A stretch of DNA of 64,000 bases from NCBI GenBank assembly GCA_001599295.1, contig BCGN01000003.1, forward strand, positions 682,001-746,000, in the 5' to 3' direction. How positions within the stretch are numbered: the stretch's first letter is position 1; every line of letters starts with the position of its first letter. Source of the DNA: Sporopachydermia quercuum. Taxonomy: Eukaryota. This document shows positions 11,336 through 21,659 of this stretch, in pieces. The translations under genes were made by a program, and so were the position numbers. Below the pieces are notes generated by a model. That model saw only the letters and a program-made list of their open reading frames with translations. It did not search any database and was not told where the DNA came from.

Positions 11336-12373
11336 ATGGCAGATATAGAAAATGAGAAGAGCGTTTGCTCAATTGCTAGTAGCAAGAGGATTTTAAAAGT
11401 AATGATGAAGAAGGAATTTTGGGACAACGTTTCTGGGTATCTGGGAAATCCTGGGTATTTGGATAACTCTTTGATGATAGTTGGATATGGTGCATTGGCA
11501 GTGTCAGAACTATTGAGATATTACAACAATGGAGAAATTACCAGCAAGCTATCATTCATATTGAGGCTGTTGCATGGTGGAAGTTTGTTTCAGAATGATA
11601 AGGTGCGGGTTATAGCTACTTTGATCAAGAAATACTTCTCTCTTGATACCTTTGATATCCAAAGACGATTAAGGATTTTGGCTGATTTAATAGCGGATAT
11701 AAGAATATTCAACCGTTTATGGGCCATTCCTGATTATATTAGCTGGTTATGGGGAGAAATAGATAGTATTTCAACTGCCAATGGAATCAAACAATATAGC
11801 AACAAGTCATTAAGTTATTTGCTAAAATTTACTAAATCATTAAATGCTGGTCAGATAGTATCTCTCAGTAAAATTTGGTCCTTGATTTTCTATCAAATCT
11901 TAGAAAATTTGGGATACTTGCATGATAAAGATATCATTGATTGTACGTCACTTGTTCCTCAAAGATTTATTCCTGCAGATGTTTTGAAACAGGATTATAA
12001 AGCAAGAAACGTATATGCCTGTAATTTCTTGTACGTCTGGTCATGTAGATTATGGACATATTATGTTGTTGCTGAACTGTTGACTTTGGCTCAGCAATAT
12101 TATAGCGAATATAACAAGACTGTGCTTTCAGCTACAGAGAAGAAAGATAGTGATAATGCTAAAGTTGATAAAATTCAATGTCTCAAAATTGCTTACAACA
12201 ATATGCCCTATTCGTGGTGGTCTTCTGGTTTAAACAACTTGGCATATTTACCTTTAACTGCTCATTGGTCAAGTTATTCTGGAGTAGTAAACAACTTAAC
12301 AGTAGGTACATTAAGTGTGATTGCAGGGATAGCCAAAGTTGGGAAACCATTCAAGGAGTTATTTCAATCTTGA
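11336..12373 (+). CDS. Pex11-family peroxisomal membrane protein (Pex11C/Pex36-like)
   Basis: Motifs typical of the fungal Pex11C-type group: LDNSLMIVGY, LIADIRIFNRLW, YQILENLGYL, WSCRLW and NLAYLPLTAHWS. First ATG is at 11336 (the ORF track starts at a TTG at 11300). Confidence 0.7.
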   Translation: MADIENEKSVCSIASSKRILKVMMKKEFWDNVSGYLGNPGYLDNSLMIVGYGALAVSELLRYYNNGEITSKLSFILRLLHGGSLFQNDKVRVIATLIKKYFSLDTFDIQRRLRILADLIADIRIFNRLWAIPDYISWLWGEIDSISTANGIKQYSNKSLSYLLKFTKSLNAGQIVSLSKIWSLIFYQILENLGYLHDKDIIDCTSLVPQRFIPADVLKQDYKARNVYACNFLYVWSCRLWTYYVVAELLTLAQQYYSEYNKTVLSATEKKDSDNAKVDKIQCLKIAYNNMPYSWWSSGLNNLAYLPLTAHWSSYSGVVNNLTVGTLSVIAGIAKVGKPFKELFQS

Positions 12374-13813
12374 ATGAGCAACAAGGTCACATCGATTAGT
12401 CTGTCTCGGCTGGCACCTTCAATAGATACCTTCGCTCCCTGTGAGGACGCTGTCTTTATTCCTGTTACTCTATTCGATCAATGGTCGATCAGTCCTTAGA
12501 TACATTGTAGTTTGGTTAATTTGTGGAAAGCCTATCTGGAGGAGATCTTAACATATATTCTGAAATTCAAATATTACAATCAATGGAGAAGACGGGCAGC
12601 GATACAAAATACAATCAATAACTGCTTGCGAGTGCAATAGTTTCAACATAATATAACTGTTTTATTGGCCAATAACTTGTTGCTNATATACAATAACCAG
12701 GTCTTACTGTAGATTGTATGCAAACTATTTATACTACTATAACTTGGCCTGCATCCAATAGTAGTAGTCAGTTGCTGCCAAAAACTGAAGAGCCACGCAT
12801 AAGAACCCTTAATAGATCAATTGTAGTAATAATTCGTTATAAATACAGATATCTAACTGATTTCAATTCGAATGAAACGTGAATAAAAATCAATCATTCC
12901 GATCATTAACCGTTTCTGTCGAATGAAAACAATTGCGGAATTAATAATGGATATCATTACCGGTATGACTAAACGGAAATCTCGGAAAATAACTTAATCT
13001 TGAGGTCAGCAAACTTTAATACTAGTGAAACGGTAAAGTATAATTACCCCAGAAAGGTTTATGAAATAAGCAAAAGGGAAACAAATTTTTAACAGTCTTT
13101 CTTCCATATCTAACCTTTTGCTATATGAACAGGAGTTTTAAATATTATCTCAATCAATATTTCTTGACTTCTTTTTATCTTTGTTCTTACAACCAGTTGT
13201 CACCAGAAAACAACTCAACGTCTGCTGAACAATCAAGAATCCAATAGATTAAACATTATTTATGTTTCGGGAAATCGTGCAGTTATGACACAGGCCCTCA
13301 AACTTTATTTACTACCTCATCACTGGTATGGGATCCTCAATCTCTATGGAAAAAATGATAGTTTCTTTTTACTATCAATCCATCCTTCCGAAAGATNCAT
13401 ATATATAGATAATGTTGTCACCTTTGAGTTTGTATGGAACTCATGATGGGATTTGGTATTAGAAAAATGTGATTTCGTTTATTTATGAGGACTGTATAAT
13501 AATATGATATTGTAGAGAAAAAATAAAGGAGGAGAGAAACCAGAAGAATCNAGTTGTATAATCGCTCAAAATCAAATTGTTGGTGAAGGCAATATATTAT
13601 GTTGTCGGGGGCCAATCTAACAGCGCTTATTTAACTGTTTCTGCTTGATTATTAGAAAAATACGGCAATAAGTCGCAAGTTCAAGTTATTCAAATTATTT
13701 ATTCATTTTGAGAATCGCTAATTGGAATTCACCACTTATATTCAAGAATGAAATATTACATTACTTTCTCAAAGCAGTAATTTCATACATAAAACTATCT
13801 CACCAAAGATTAA

Positions 13814-14554
13814 ATGAACATGAAAATGATTNATATTGCAAGGAAATCGTCAACATATCTGTTTCTCTACACCTGTATTATTCATGGAATCGGAGCCTTG
13901 ATAATCACAGGCGGTATAGAATTTGCAGTCGCCTATGGAATGTATGCCCATTCAGATTATCCTGTGACATTATGGGCCTTTCCAAATACATTCAGTGGAG
14001 ATTGTGCTTTAACAATATTCGTACAGGTAGGTGTCACCTGGCTCATTGAAGAACTTTTGATAGGCGTGGATATTAGAGGCAAAATAACGCCATTGCCCCA
14101 GATATCTCCAAGAACTCAGTGGTTACCTAGACTGTGGTTTGAGTATTATCCGAATGATGATGCTGCTTTAGTATCCGAAACATTCAGGCTGAACTTCTGG
14201 CCTCGGCATGAAACGAAAAAGTGGTATATTCTGATCAAATTCTTTTGCAATAAGGTCATTCGAGCAGTGATTTTAGCTGCCTTGGCTTTTTGTCTGTGGT
14301 GGCCTGTTACAATGGGTATTATGGCAGGAATCGGTTATAACATTCATGGTATAGAGTACACATTCAATCATTTCCCTGAACCTCAAATTGCAAAATTGGT
14401 TTACGGTGGAACATCAGCTTTAGTGTTAACACCTTTGACTGACCTCACCATCTTGATCAGAAATTCATGGTATGTACAGTTTGATGAACAGTCAAAGGAA
14501 AGCAGTTCTGGTCTTGTCCGTTCATCCTCTTCAACCACTGAAGTTGATGTGTAA
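13814..14554 (+). CDS. Conserved fungal multi-pass membrane protein (DUF2456-like)
   Basis: About 4 hydrophobic segments with the family-like block GIGALIITGGIEFAVAYGMY...LWAFPNTFSGDCALTIFVQVGVTW and FP.PQIAKLVYGG. Confidence 0.65.
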   Translation: MNMKMIXIARKSSTYLFLYTCIIHGIGALIITGGIEFAVAYGMYAHSDYPVTLWAFPNTFSGDCALTIFVQVGVTWLIEELLIGVDIRGKITPLPQISPRTQWLPRLWFEYYPNDDAALVSETFRLNFWPRHETKKWYILIKFFCNKVIRAVILAALAFCLWWPVTMGIMAGIGYNIHGIEYTFNHFPEPQIAKLVYGGTSALVLTPLTDLTILIRNSWYVQFDEQSKESSSGLVRSSSSTTEVDV

Positions 14555-15303
14555 CTTCCTTTTTCAAAAATTTTTATGATAAATTCATAATGGCTGATTT
14601 GGATCATCATATTCTTTGAATAACATGCTGAAGCAAGAAATGCATTCATGTGAAAGAATTTCTTTCTTCATTTCCATATCTTTCCAGAATAACTGTATAT
14701 TAGTGTTAAACAATTGCATAAAGCTGTTGGTAATAGCTAACAATATTTACTTCCACAAGTTTCATTTTTTTGCATTTATACTAATAGAAGCTTCGATGTG
14801 TGGTTTCTTACCTAACATATAAACTAGAATTTATTCATAGTCTGAACAATGGATATTGTAGAATCTTTTTGACACTATAAGATCAGCCACAATCTGAACA
14901 AACTTTTGGATTATGTAATCAATTAATATTTTTCTGATTACTGTAATCAAAAGCTGAAATCAAAAAAAGGCTTTGGAATCAATTTAATAACATCCGACAA
15001 AGAGACAATTGATTTGAGGATTACAATGAAACGAATATTCAAAAGGAAATGAATAAGACCGATCTTTAACCTATATTTATACCTAAAGATATTCATACAT
15101 GATCTCTTGTTGAGAATCTCNGGCTTAGTTTTCAACTTTCATTTACATTATAAAGCGGTCAATTAATCAAACTATTCTCAGTATTGGTTGAAGGCNTACT
15201 TCGATCTTATAGCTAATACATTCAATCCAAGTCAACTCACATCAGCATAAAGTTGATTTCATTGAGTCCAAATCAAACATCCAAGTCATTTAATCAACAG
15301 AAC

Positions 15304-15501
15304 ATGGTCGCTATTCTGAGAAATGTGAAAGCCCAAAGAATATTGGTTTCTTTCGTCTTATTATTCATAATAGGATATACAATGACATATATAGATTTTA
15401 GGTCAAATCTTGACCGTGCAAAAGAATTACGAGAATTCTGGCTACAAGCTATTGAGGTTGGCAGTGCAAAAAGGAAGCTGGAAAAACAAGAGAGGAGTTA
15501 G
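15304..15501 (+). CDS. Putative 65-aa single-pass membrane microprotein
   Basis: ATG in AAC ATG G context. Basic N-terminus, one TM stretch (ILVSFVLLFIIGYTMTYI) and a charged helical C-terminus. No family recognised. Confidence 0.4.
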   Translation: MVAILRNVKAQRILVSFVLLFIIGYTMTYIDFRSNLDRAKELREFWLQAIEVGSAKRKLEKQERS

Positions 15502-15763
15502 ACTGGTAGGGAACAAAATAGATTAGGTCGAGGTGATGTGAAAAAGGAGTGAAGTGCCTTAGCGGGCCTGGTTTTNGACAGGAGGACAATCAGTTGTGGA
15601 TAGGTTGAAGGTTGAAATACAAGTAGCTTACTATTGGAAATACAAATATATGGTTTANCATAATATTCCTATTTCAGTAGCTCGTATATTATTACTATGT
15701 TGTGTTTCTACCAATTTCCAGTTCTATTAATTAGTATTTATTTATAAACCAAAGTTGACTNAT

Positions 15764-17935
15764 TCACACTTCTCTCTCAACAAAGCTCTGAATCATGCCT
15801 ACTTCAGTAGCAGGATAATCTTTATAAACAACAGAACCATCATCTTGCAAGAAAGTATTTGATTGAACAAATTGTTTTCTTGGTAAACGAGCTGCTAGAA
15901 CGGTCGGTCTAAACTTGGACATTTCTGGTCCAACATGACTCATATCCTTATAGAACTCAGTGCCCTTCACCACATCCCCACTACACTTGTAAACGTGTAA
16001 TTTCTGTAAAAACTCGCCAACTGCAGGCTTTCCAACTGATTCAATCTTAGTCTTATCAAGCTTGATCACTAAATCAGAAAAGTTATCAGTGTCTTTATAT
16101 TCAAATGTGACAAAATCTTGTCCCGCATTAAGGAAACACTTGAGAATTGAGAATCTTGCTTGCATGTGTGGTTGTCCCCATTTGCCAGATTTGGGATCCC
16201 AGTATTCAAGTGCAAGTAAACCAGCTCTGGCCATTTGCAAGTAGGCAATGTAAACTATATCTATAGATTCTTGTTCGTCTTTCGAACCAAAGATTCTCAA
16301 AAGATTCCTATCAGGAACCAGATACATAGCAACACATTCAGCTCTACATTCTTCATAACTACCAGCAATTGACCCAAATAATGAACCCCAAGTTTCACCT
16401 TTCTTATAGTATGTAGTAACAGGCATACCATCAACATCTGAAATAGGTGGGTTTTCATGGTCATAGTTGAATGAACCATCTTTTANTTCCGACAATAATT
16501 TACCGGTTCCGTGACCGAGTAGCTCGTGGATACCAACTTGGATTTCAAATGAAGGTGCTCTCAGTTTTGCAAATAAATCCTGCTCCTCAGGTGCAACGAA
16601 GGTAATCTTCTCGTTAGGTGCTTTAGCTGATAAGACATTACCCAGAGAAACATTCTTGAACCCAATTGTGAGTCTGACATCATCGTAGTTTGGAATATTA
16701 ATACCAGCAGGGATACCAGAACCAGCAAAGGTCATAACCTCAAGTGAAGTAAAGTCTGGAGGTGTGAAAACATCCTTTTCGAACGCTTTAGACCATGGAA
16801 GTAAAGGTATGAAGTCTTTAGCTTTGGTAACCAGTTCACCGAACTTAGCTGTTCTTTCTTGATTAACCATAGCAACTAAACCTTCCCATTCGCCTCTGAT
16901 ACCAGCAGGATCTCTGTAAGTTTCAATAAATCCAATATTTGTTTCAACTAATGGGCCAATATCCTTAACCCATTTTCTTTGAGACTCTTTATGGGCTTCC
17001 ATACTGCCAGTTCGGAAAGATTCAACATATGCACCAATCATTGCTTCCTGCGTAGTGTTAGAAGCAAACGTTTTTGCCTTGGATAACTCTTTGCTGATAT
17101 GCTTAAATTCAGTTTGATGATCTCCATATTGAATCTGAGCCTTGGTATTTTTCTCACCAAAAGTAATCTCACTGAGTAAGCCGTTAGTAGCTTTATCTTC
17201 AGCAGAGGCAACTAATATTTTAAATTCGCCACTGTTAGACTTAGAGAGACGGGTATTTTCTGGCAATATACCATTTTTCGCCAAAGCTTCTTGAATAGAA
17301 TCGATCTCTGCTTTAGTAATTGGACCTTCATAATAGCCAGTTACATGGCCTGCATCAGAGTAGCCCAGTAATACCGAAGATTCAGGTGTCGTACTGTACA
17401 ATGGCTCCTTAATAGCATCAAACAACTTTTGAGCTTTTTCGATTTTAGTGCCAGCAATAATTGAAGCAAATTCTTCAGTGGAAATTCTTGGGATGAATTT
17501 AGAATCACCAAATGATTTGTAATTGCCAAGATTCGATAGAAACTGGGAAGCATACTCCAAGTATCCTTTCAACACGTTTTCTTCAACAGACAACTTCTCA
17601 TAAGCGCCATCGACTGATTTATGAACTTCTAGGATCAAATCATAAATGGACTCAGACTCTGGGCTTACTTGTCNAAGCACAACTCTAGTACCATAGTGAG
17701 AAGCTCTGGAGAAATGATGAGCATATTTCTTCAACTTGGGTGGCAATTGAGCAAAGTGCTCACTTGACTCCAACACGCAAATAGGTGCTTTAGAATCAGA
17801 AAAGTATTGACTGGCTTTGTTGTGATTGGCTTCGGTAGACATATTAGTGAATTGTGTGTTATATGAATTGCAGGTTCTAGTAGTGAATATACCTTTCCCA
17901 ATTCTTGTTGGTCTTCTGAACAGTCTCGTTATCAT
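15764..17935 (-). CDS. DPP3: Dipeptidyl peptidase III (M49 zinc metallopeptidase); ATGs at 17935 and 17842
   Basis: HELLGH and EECRAE zinc-binding motifs, plus ETNIGFIETYRDP and GIPAGINIPNYDD. Confidence 0.95.
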   Translation of the reverse strand: MITRLFRRPTRIGKGIFTTRTCNSYNTQFTNMSTEANHNKASQYFSDSKAPICVLESSEHFAQLPPKLKKYAHHFSRASHYGTRVVLXQVSPESESIYDLILEVHKSVDGAYEKLSVEENVLKGYLEYASQFLSNLGNYKSFGDSKFIPRISTEEFASIIAGTKIEKAQKLFDAIKEPLYSTTPESSVLLGYSDAGHVTGYYEGPITKAEIDSIQEALAKNGILPENTRLSKSNSGEFKILVASAEDKATNGLLSEITFGEKNTKAQIQYGDHQTEFKHISKELSKAKTFASNTTQEAMIGAYVESFRTGSMEAHKESQRKWVKDIGPLVETNIGFIETYRDPAGIRGEWEGLVAMVNQERTAKFGELVTKAKDFIPLLPWSKAFEKDVFTPPDFTSLEVMTFAGSGIPAGINIPNYDDVRLTIGFKNVSLGNVLSAKAPNEKITFVAPEEQDLFAKLRAPSFEIQVGIHELLGHGTGKLLSEXKDGSFNYDHENPPISDVDGMPVTTYYKKGETWGSLFGSIAGSYEECRAECVAMYLVPDRNLLRIFGSKDEQESIDIVYIAYLQMARAGLLALEYWDPKSGKWGQPHMQARFSILKCFLNAGQDFVTFEYKDTDNFSDLVIKLDKTKIESVGKPAVGEFLQKLHVYKCSGDVVKGTEFYKDMSHVGPEMSKFRPTVLAARLPRKQFVQSNTFLQDDGSVVYKDYPATEVGMIQSFVEREV

Positions 17936-18295
17936 TAAAGATGGCAGAATCAAATATACTAAAATTATATAAAAGAGGTAGTAGAGAATAGTAATAGGTG
18001 CTATAGTTTGAGTCCTAGAAAAGAACAATTCATATCTGTCATTGAAAGGTGTATTGTGTTAGTTGAATCAAATGCAGGAGTTATCAATTGCCAGAGTAGA
18101 ATGGGGAAAATATCGGAAANTATGGCGCTAAGGAAAGGCACTTTAAGTCCTGTATATAGAAAGNGAATTTATTACAGATTATGTAATTGTGAATAGTAGC
18201 TTATCAAGCACTAACAACGAAAAACCGGAAGATACATGAGAACTGAACTGAAATATACTAAATAAACGATTATTCATTATTAATATATGGTATTG

Positions 18296-18841
18296 TTATA
18301 AGAAATACAGTTCAAACATAGTGAGAAGGTTGTCGTATTGTAGAACTAGCCGCGGATCAGAAATGCATTGTATTCGCTTGACTTTGATAGATGATAAAAG
18401 TGGAGTTGACTCATTCTCAGGCTCAATGATATGAGGTTTGAGGCTTCTTAATAAAACATTCAATTCTTCTCTTTGAAGGTCATCTGCTGTAGATCTGACT
18501 GAACTGTCTAGATCATCAAGATCAAAATTACCAATAAACGATCCCTGAATTTCAATCAAAGTGTCCGAAACAAACATTTCGCTTGTCATGTACCCACCGT
18601 TATGTAATTCATCAAATACTTTCACTGGTAGCGGTTCTTGATAAGAAAGCCAATCACTACTATTAAGTCCAAGCTCTTGAACTGCCTGTTGAAATAATCC
18701 GATGGGAATCCAATCCTCAATCCAAATAATACCATTCTGTTCGTCATAAGATGCTACCTTGGTTATTANTCTTACTCCTATGCTATTTGTAGGAGTCGCC
18801 TCAAGCTTTCTCAACTGAGCAAGCGATATAACTAGCCTCAT
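18296..18841 (-). CDS. TEN1: Probable CST-complex telomere-capping subunit Ten1 (OB fold)
   Basis: 181 aa. The pattern RLVISLAQL...GVRxITKVASYD...GIIWIE...DTLIEIQGSF...IKVKRIQ...YDNLL matches the fungal Ten1 layout as I recall it (KVR.l..V.SY....G.l.l; vnviG.; C-terminal helix). Confidence 0.55.
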   Translation of the reverse strand: MRLVISLAQLRKLEATPTNSIGVRXITKVASYDEQNGIIWIEDWIPIGLFQQAVQELGLNSSDWLSYQEPLPVKVFDELHNGGYMTSEMFVSDTLIEIQGSFIGNFDLDDLDSSVRSTADDLQREELNVLLRSLKPHIIEPENESTPLLSSIKVKRIQCISDPRLVLQYDNLLTMFELYFL

Positions 18842-19387
18842 TTAATCATTGTACATCCAAAGACAAGATTGAACTAACTTTGTGCAATGAAAAGTAACCA
18901 TCCATCATACAATTGGGATTCGCACATCCAATGTATTATTATCAATTGTTTAATTATGAATCGCCTGGTTTCAAAAAATTTAACTAAATGTAACCAGCTA
19001 TATATATTGCTTTGTTCAATCTGTTAAGAATACTTCGATTGTTAGATAGAAATAATAATGGGGCCTTAGTTAGTGTCAGATGCTCATTGTTGGTGCCATA
19101 ATAGGAAGGAAATCCTTTCAAAGGATGGCACTTGAGACGTTCATACAAAGATCGTGAATTGTGAGGAAGTGAACTGTTTTCCTTATATTGCGATTAATTA
19201 TGAGCTTGAAATTTGTTTAAATAAACAAGAAATTCTTGTAGATCGGAACTGTGTTGAATAGGAATGATTATAATTATTGATAATAGTTGTCAAACTGCTT
19301 ATATGTTTGTTTGNTTCATATCTCCTTTCTATACCATTTCATTCATTGATCCCTCTTATCACATTATAATTCAATAGTATACATACA

Positions 19388-20161
19388 ATGACTACAACGG
19401 CAACAGATGAAGAAGATCGATCTTCTATGAATCATAAGGAACAAAATAATGATCAAATATATGAAGAATTTGTTAAAGAAAACCCAGTTGATCAAATTAG
19501 CAAAAAAGCTTTCATTCTTGGTATTTTATTTGGTATTTCTATTGCCGTATCATTTAACCTACCGAAGTTCATTCTAAGCATCATCAACTACCCTCCTCTC
19601 TTCTTCTACTTAGCAGCATTGGCAATTTTCCATTTCTTGGAATTTTACATAACTGCAAAATACAACACACCAAAAGTCAGTGAAGAATCTTTTTTGTTGA
19701 ATAATGGAAGTGAATATACATTGGCTCATGGTGCAGCGTTAGTAGAAACAATCATTGAGTACTACCTCTTTCCTCATTTCAAACGTTCGTACCTTAAACT
19801 AAGGATGATAGGAGTACTGTTGGTAATTGTTGGACAATTAGCAAGATCTATAGCTATGGCTCAAGCTGCGCAAAGTTTCTCGCATATTATTGCTGAGGAG
19901 AAGAATCAATTCCATGAATTGATTACAACTGGAATATATAAATACNTACGACATCCTAGTTACTTTGGTTTCTACTATTGGGCTGTGGGTTCCCAATTGC
20001 TATTACTGAATCCTATATGCTTTATTGGATTTCTAAGAGTTCTATGGTTATTTTTTTCAAGAAGAATAGCATATGAAGAGAAGCTATTGGTTAGTTTCTT
20101 CAACACTGATTATATTAATTATAAAGCAAAAACAGGTACTTTGATACCATTTATACCTTAG
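19388..20161 (+). CDS. STE14: Isoprenylcysteine carboxyl methyltransferase
   Basis: FHFLEFYITAKYN, SFLLNNG, SFSHII, HELITTGIY..xRHPSYFGF and RRIAYEE motifs. Confidence 0.96.
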   Translation: MTTTATDEEDRSSMNHKEQNNDQIYEEFVKENPVDQISKKAFILGILFGISIAVSFNLPKFILSIINYPPLFFYLAALAIFHFLEFYITAKYNTPKVSEESFLLNNGSEYTLAHGAALVETIIEYYLFPHFKRSYLKLRMIGVLLVIVGQLARSIAMAQAAQSFSHIIAEEKNQFHELITTGIYKYXRHPSYFGFYYWAVGSQLLLLNPICFIGFLRVLWLFFSRRIAYEEKLLVSFFNTDYINYKAKTGTLIPFIP

Positions 20162-20674
20162 GCTTGATAAGGAAGGAAGTAGCAAAAGATAAAAGGTCGA
20201 TAAGCATTTTAAATGCATATGCATATAGTAAAGTAAAAGAGAATAGTTAGTGTAGCATTAGTTATTATATATAAAATGGGTAATGATTAATAGAATGATT
20301 ATTGTTTCCGTACCTTTATTTATAGTATTCATCTGTAGCTTATAGTATTTATTGTGTTATTTTTTACAATATATTCTGTCTCATGAAGTGTATGTAGCCT
20401 TCCTGGTACTTTGAGAATGTTTCTTCACTTTGGCAAGTCCAATTCCCTTTCCTAATTGTTAGGTGACTACTTCATATCTTTGCTTAGCTCGTTGTTCTCT
20501 TTTAAGCCAAAAAGAATAATTGTAATTGATTCTTTTAGCTCAGAAAGTTCCTATCGATTATATTAATATTTGAATAGGTATATTGAGCTTTTATTTTAAT
20601 TCTACATCATACTAAACAGAATTCAAGAAACAGTATTATCCGTTGATCTGTCTGTCCATTACTTACCATAACCT

Positions 20675-21445
20675 ATGAACAACAAAATGGGAGGAAAAGC
20701 TTTCGTGCCGTTGGAGTCAAATCCTCAAGTATTCACTACTTTAGCTAGAAATTTAGGATTATCATCGTCACTAGAATTCACCGATGTGTTTTCCCTAACA
20801 GAACCTGATTTGCTAGCATTCATCCCAAGGCCGTCTTATGCCCTAATTCTCATATTTCCTATAACTCAATCTTACGAAAAGTTCCGTTTAGCAGAAGATG
20901 AAGAAATCGCTAAAATCGTGAACGAATATGGGAAGAGCGATAAAAGCAATATTAGATGGTTTAAACAAACCATTAAGAACGCCTGTGGATTATTTGCATT
21001 GATTCATTCAATGGCTAACAATGGTTTTATGAACGATGAAAGCAAACTGTTGAATGGCTCGAGGTTAAAGAATATGTTGATAGAAGCAGAGAAAAAAATC
21101 TCAGATGAGGAGAAAACCAAACTGATAGAATCATTTGAAGATGTTCATACGACTTCTGCTGCTGAAGGTCAGACAGAAGCACCTGATGCTCAAGATGAGA
21201 TAAATCTTCATTTCATTGCTTATACTAAAGGAGATGACAACAAATGGTATGAGCTAGATGGAAGACGAAATGGTCCTGTTTGCTTAGGAGAAGATGAGAG
21301 TTCAGTAGAAAATCAAGACTCTTTACAGGAACCAAAAGTTGTGTCGAGAATACAAAAAATAATGGATATATGTAGAGAAAGTGATGTGTCTGGTGCTAAT
21401 CAATTAGCATTCAGTGTAGTAACGTTAGGACCAAGTTTTGATTAA
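20675..21445 (+). CDS. YUH1: Ubiquitin C-terminal hydrolase (UCH, peptidase C12)
   Basis: PLESNPQVF, catalytic QTIKNACG, LHFIAY and YELDGRRNGP. Confidence 0.95.
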   Translation: MNNKMGGKAFVPLESNPQVFTTLARNLGLSSSLEFTDVFSLTEPDLLAFIPRPSYALILIFPITQSYEKFRLAEDEEIAKIVNEYGKSDKSNIRWFKQTIKNACGLFALIHSMANNGFMNDESKLLNGSRLKNMLIEAEKKISDEEKTKLIESFEDVHTTSAAEGQTEAPDAQDEINLHFIAYTKGDDNKWYELDGRRNGPVCLGEDESSVENQDSLQEPKVVSRIQKIMDICRESDVSGANQLAFSVVTLGPSFD

Positions 21446-21659
21446 TCAACCAAAGTGCCGACAACTGCAAAATTTTTTTGATGAAAAGGATGTAATACTA
21501 TATATTTCCTGTCAAATACTACTCATCAAGTACATTGTATATGAGATGCCATCATCACAATAAATACTATTGTCTATATACCAATATTTATCTCACATGA
21601 CGATACTAACCAGATTATCAATATACAAATCCATTAATTGAATTATAAAGACCCCAGTA

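Noticed and set aside
12374..12499. ATG directly after the Pex11-family stop, opening a short in-frame ORF (readthrough extension)
   Set aside because: The stop context TGA ATG is not the TGA CTA readthrough motif, and the extension has no targeting signal.
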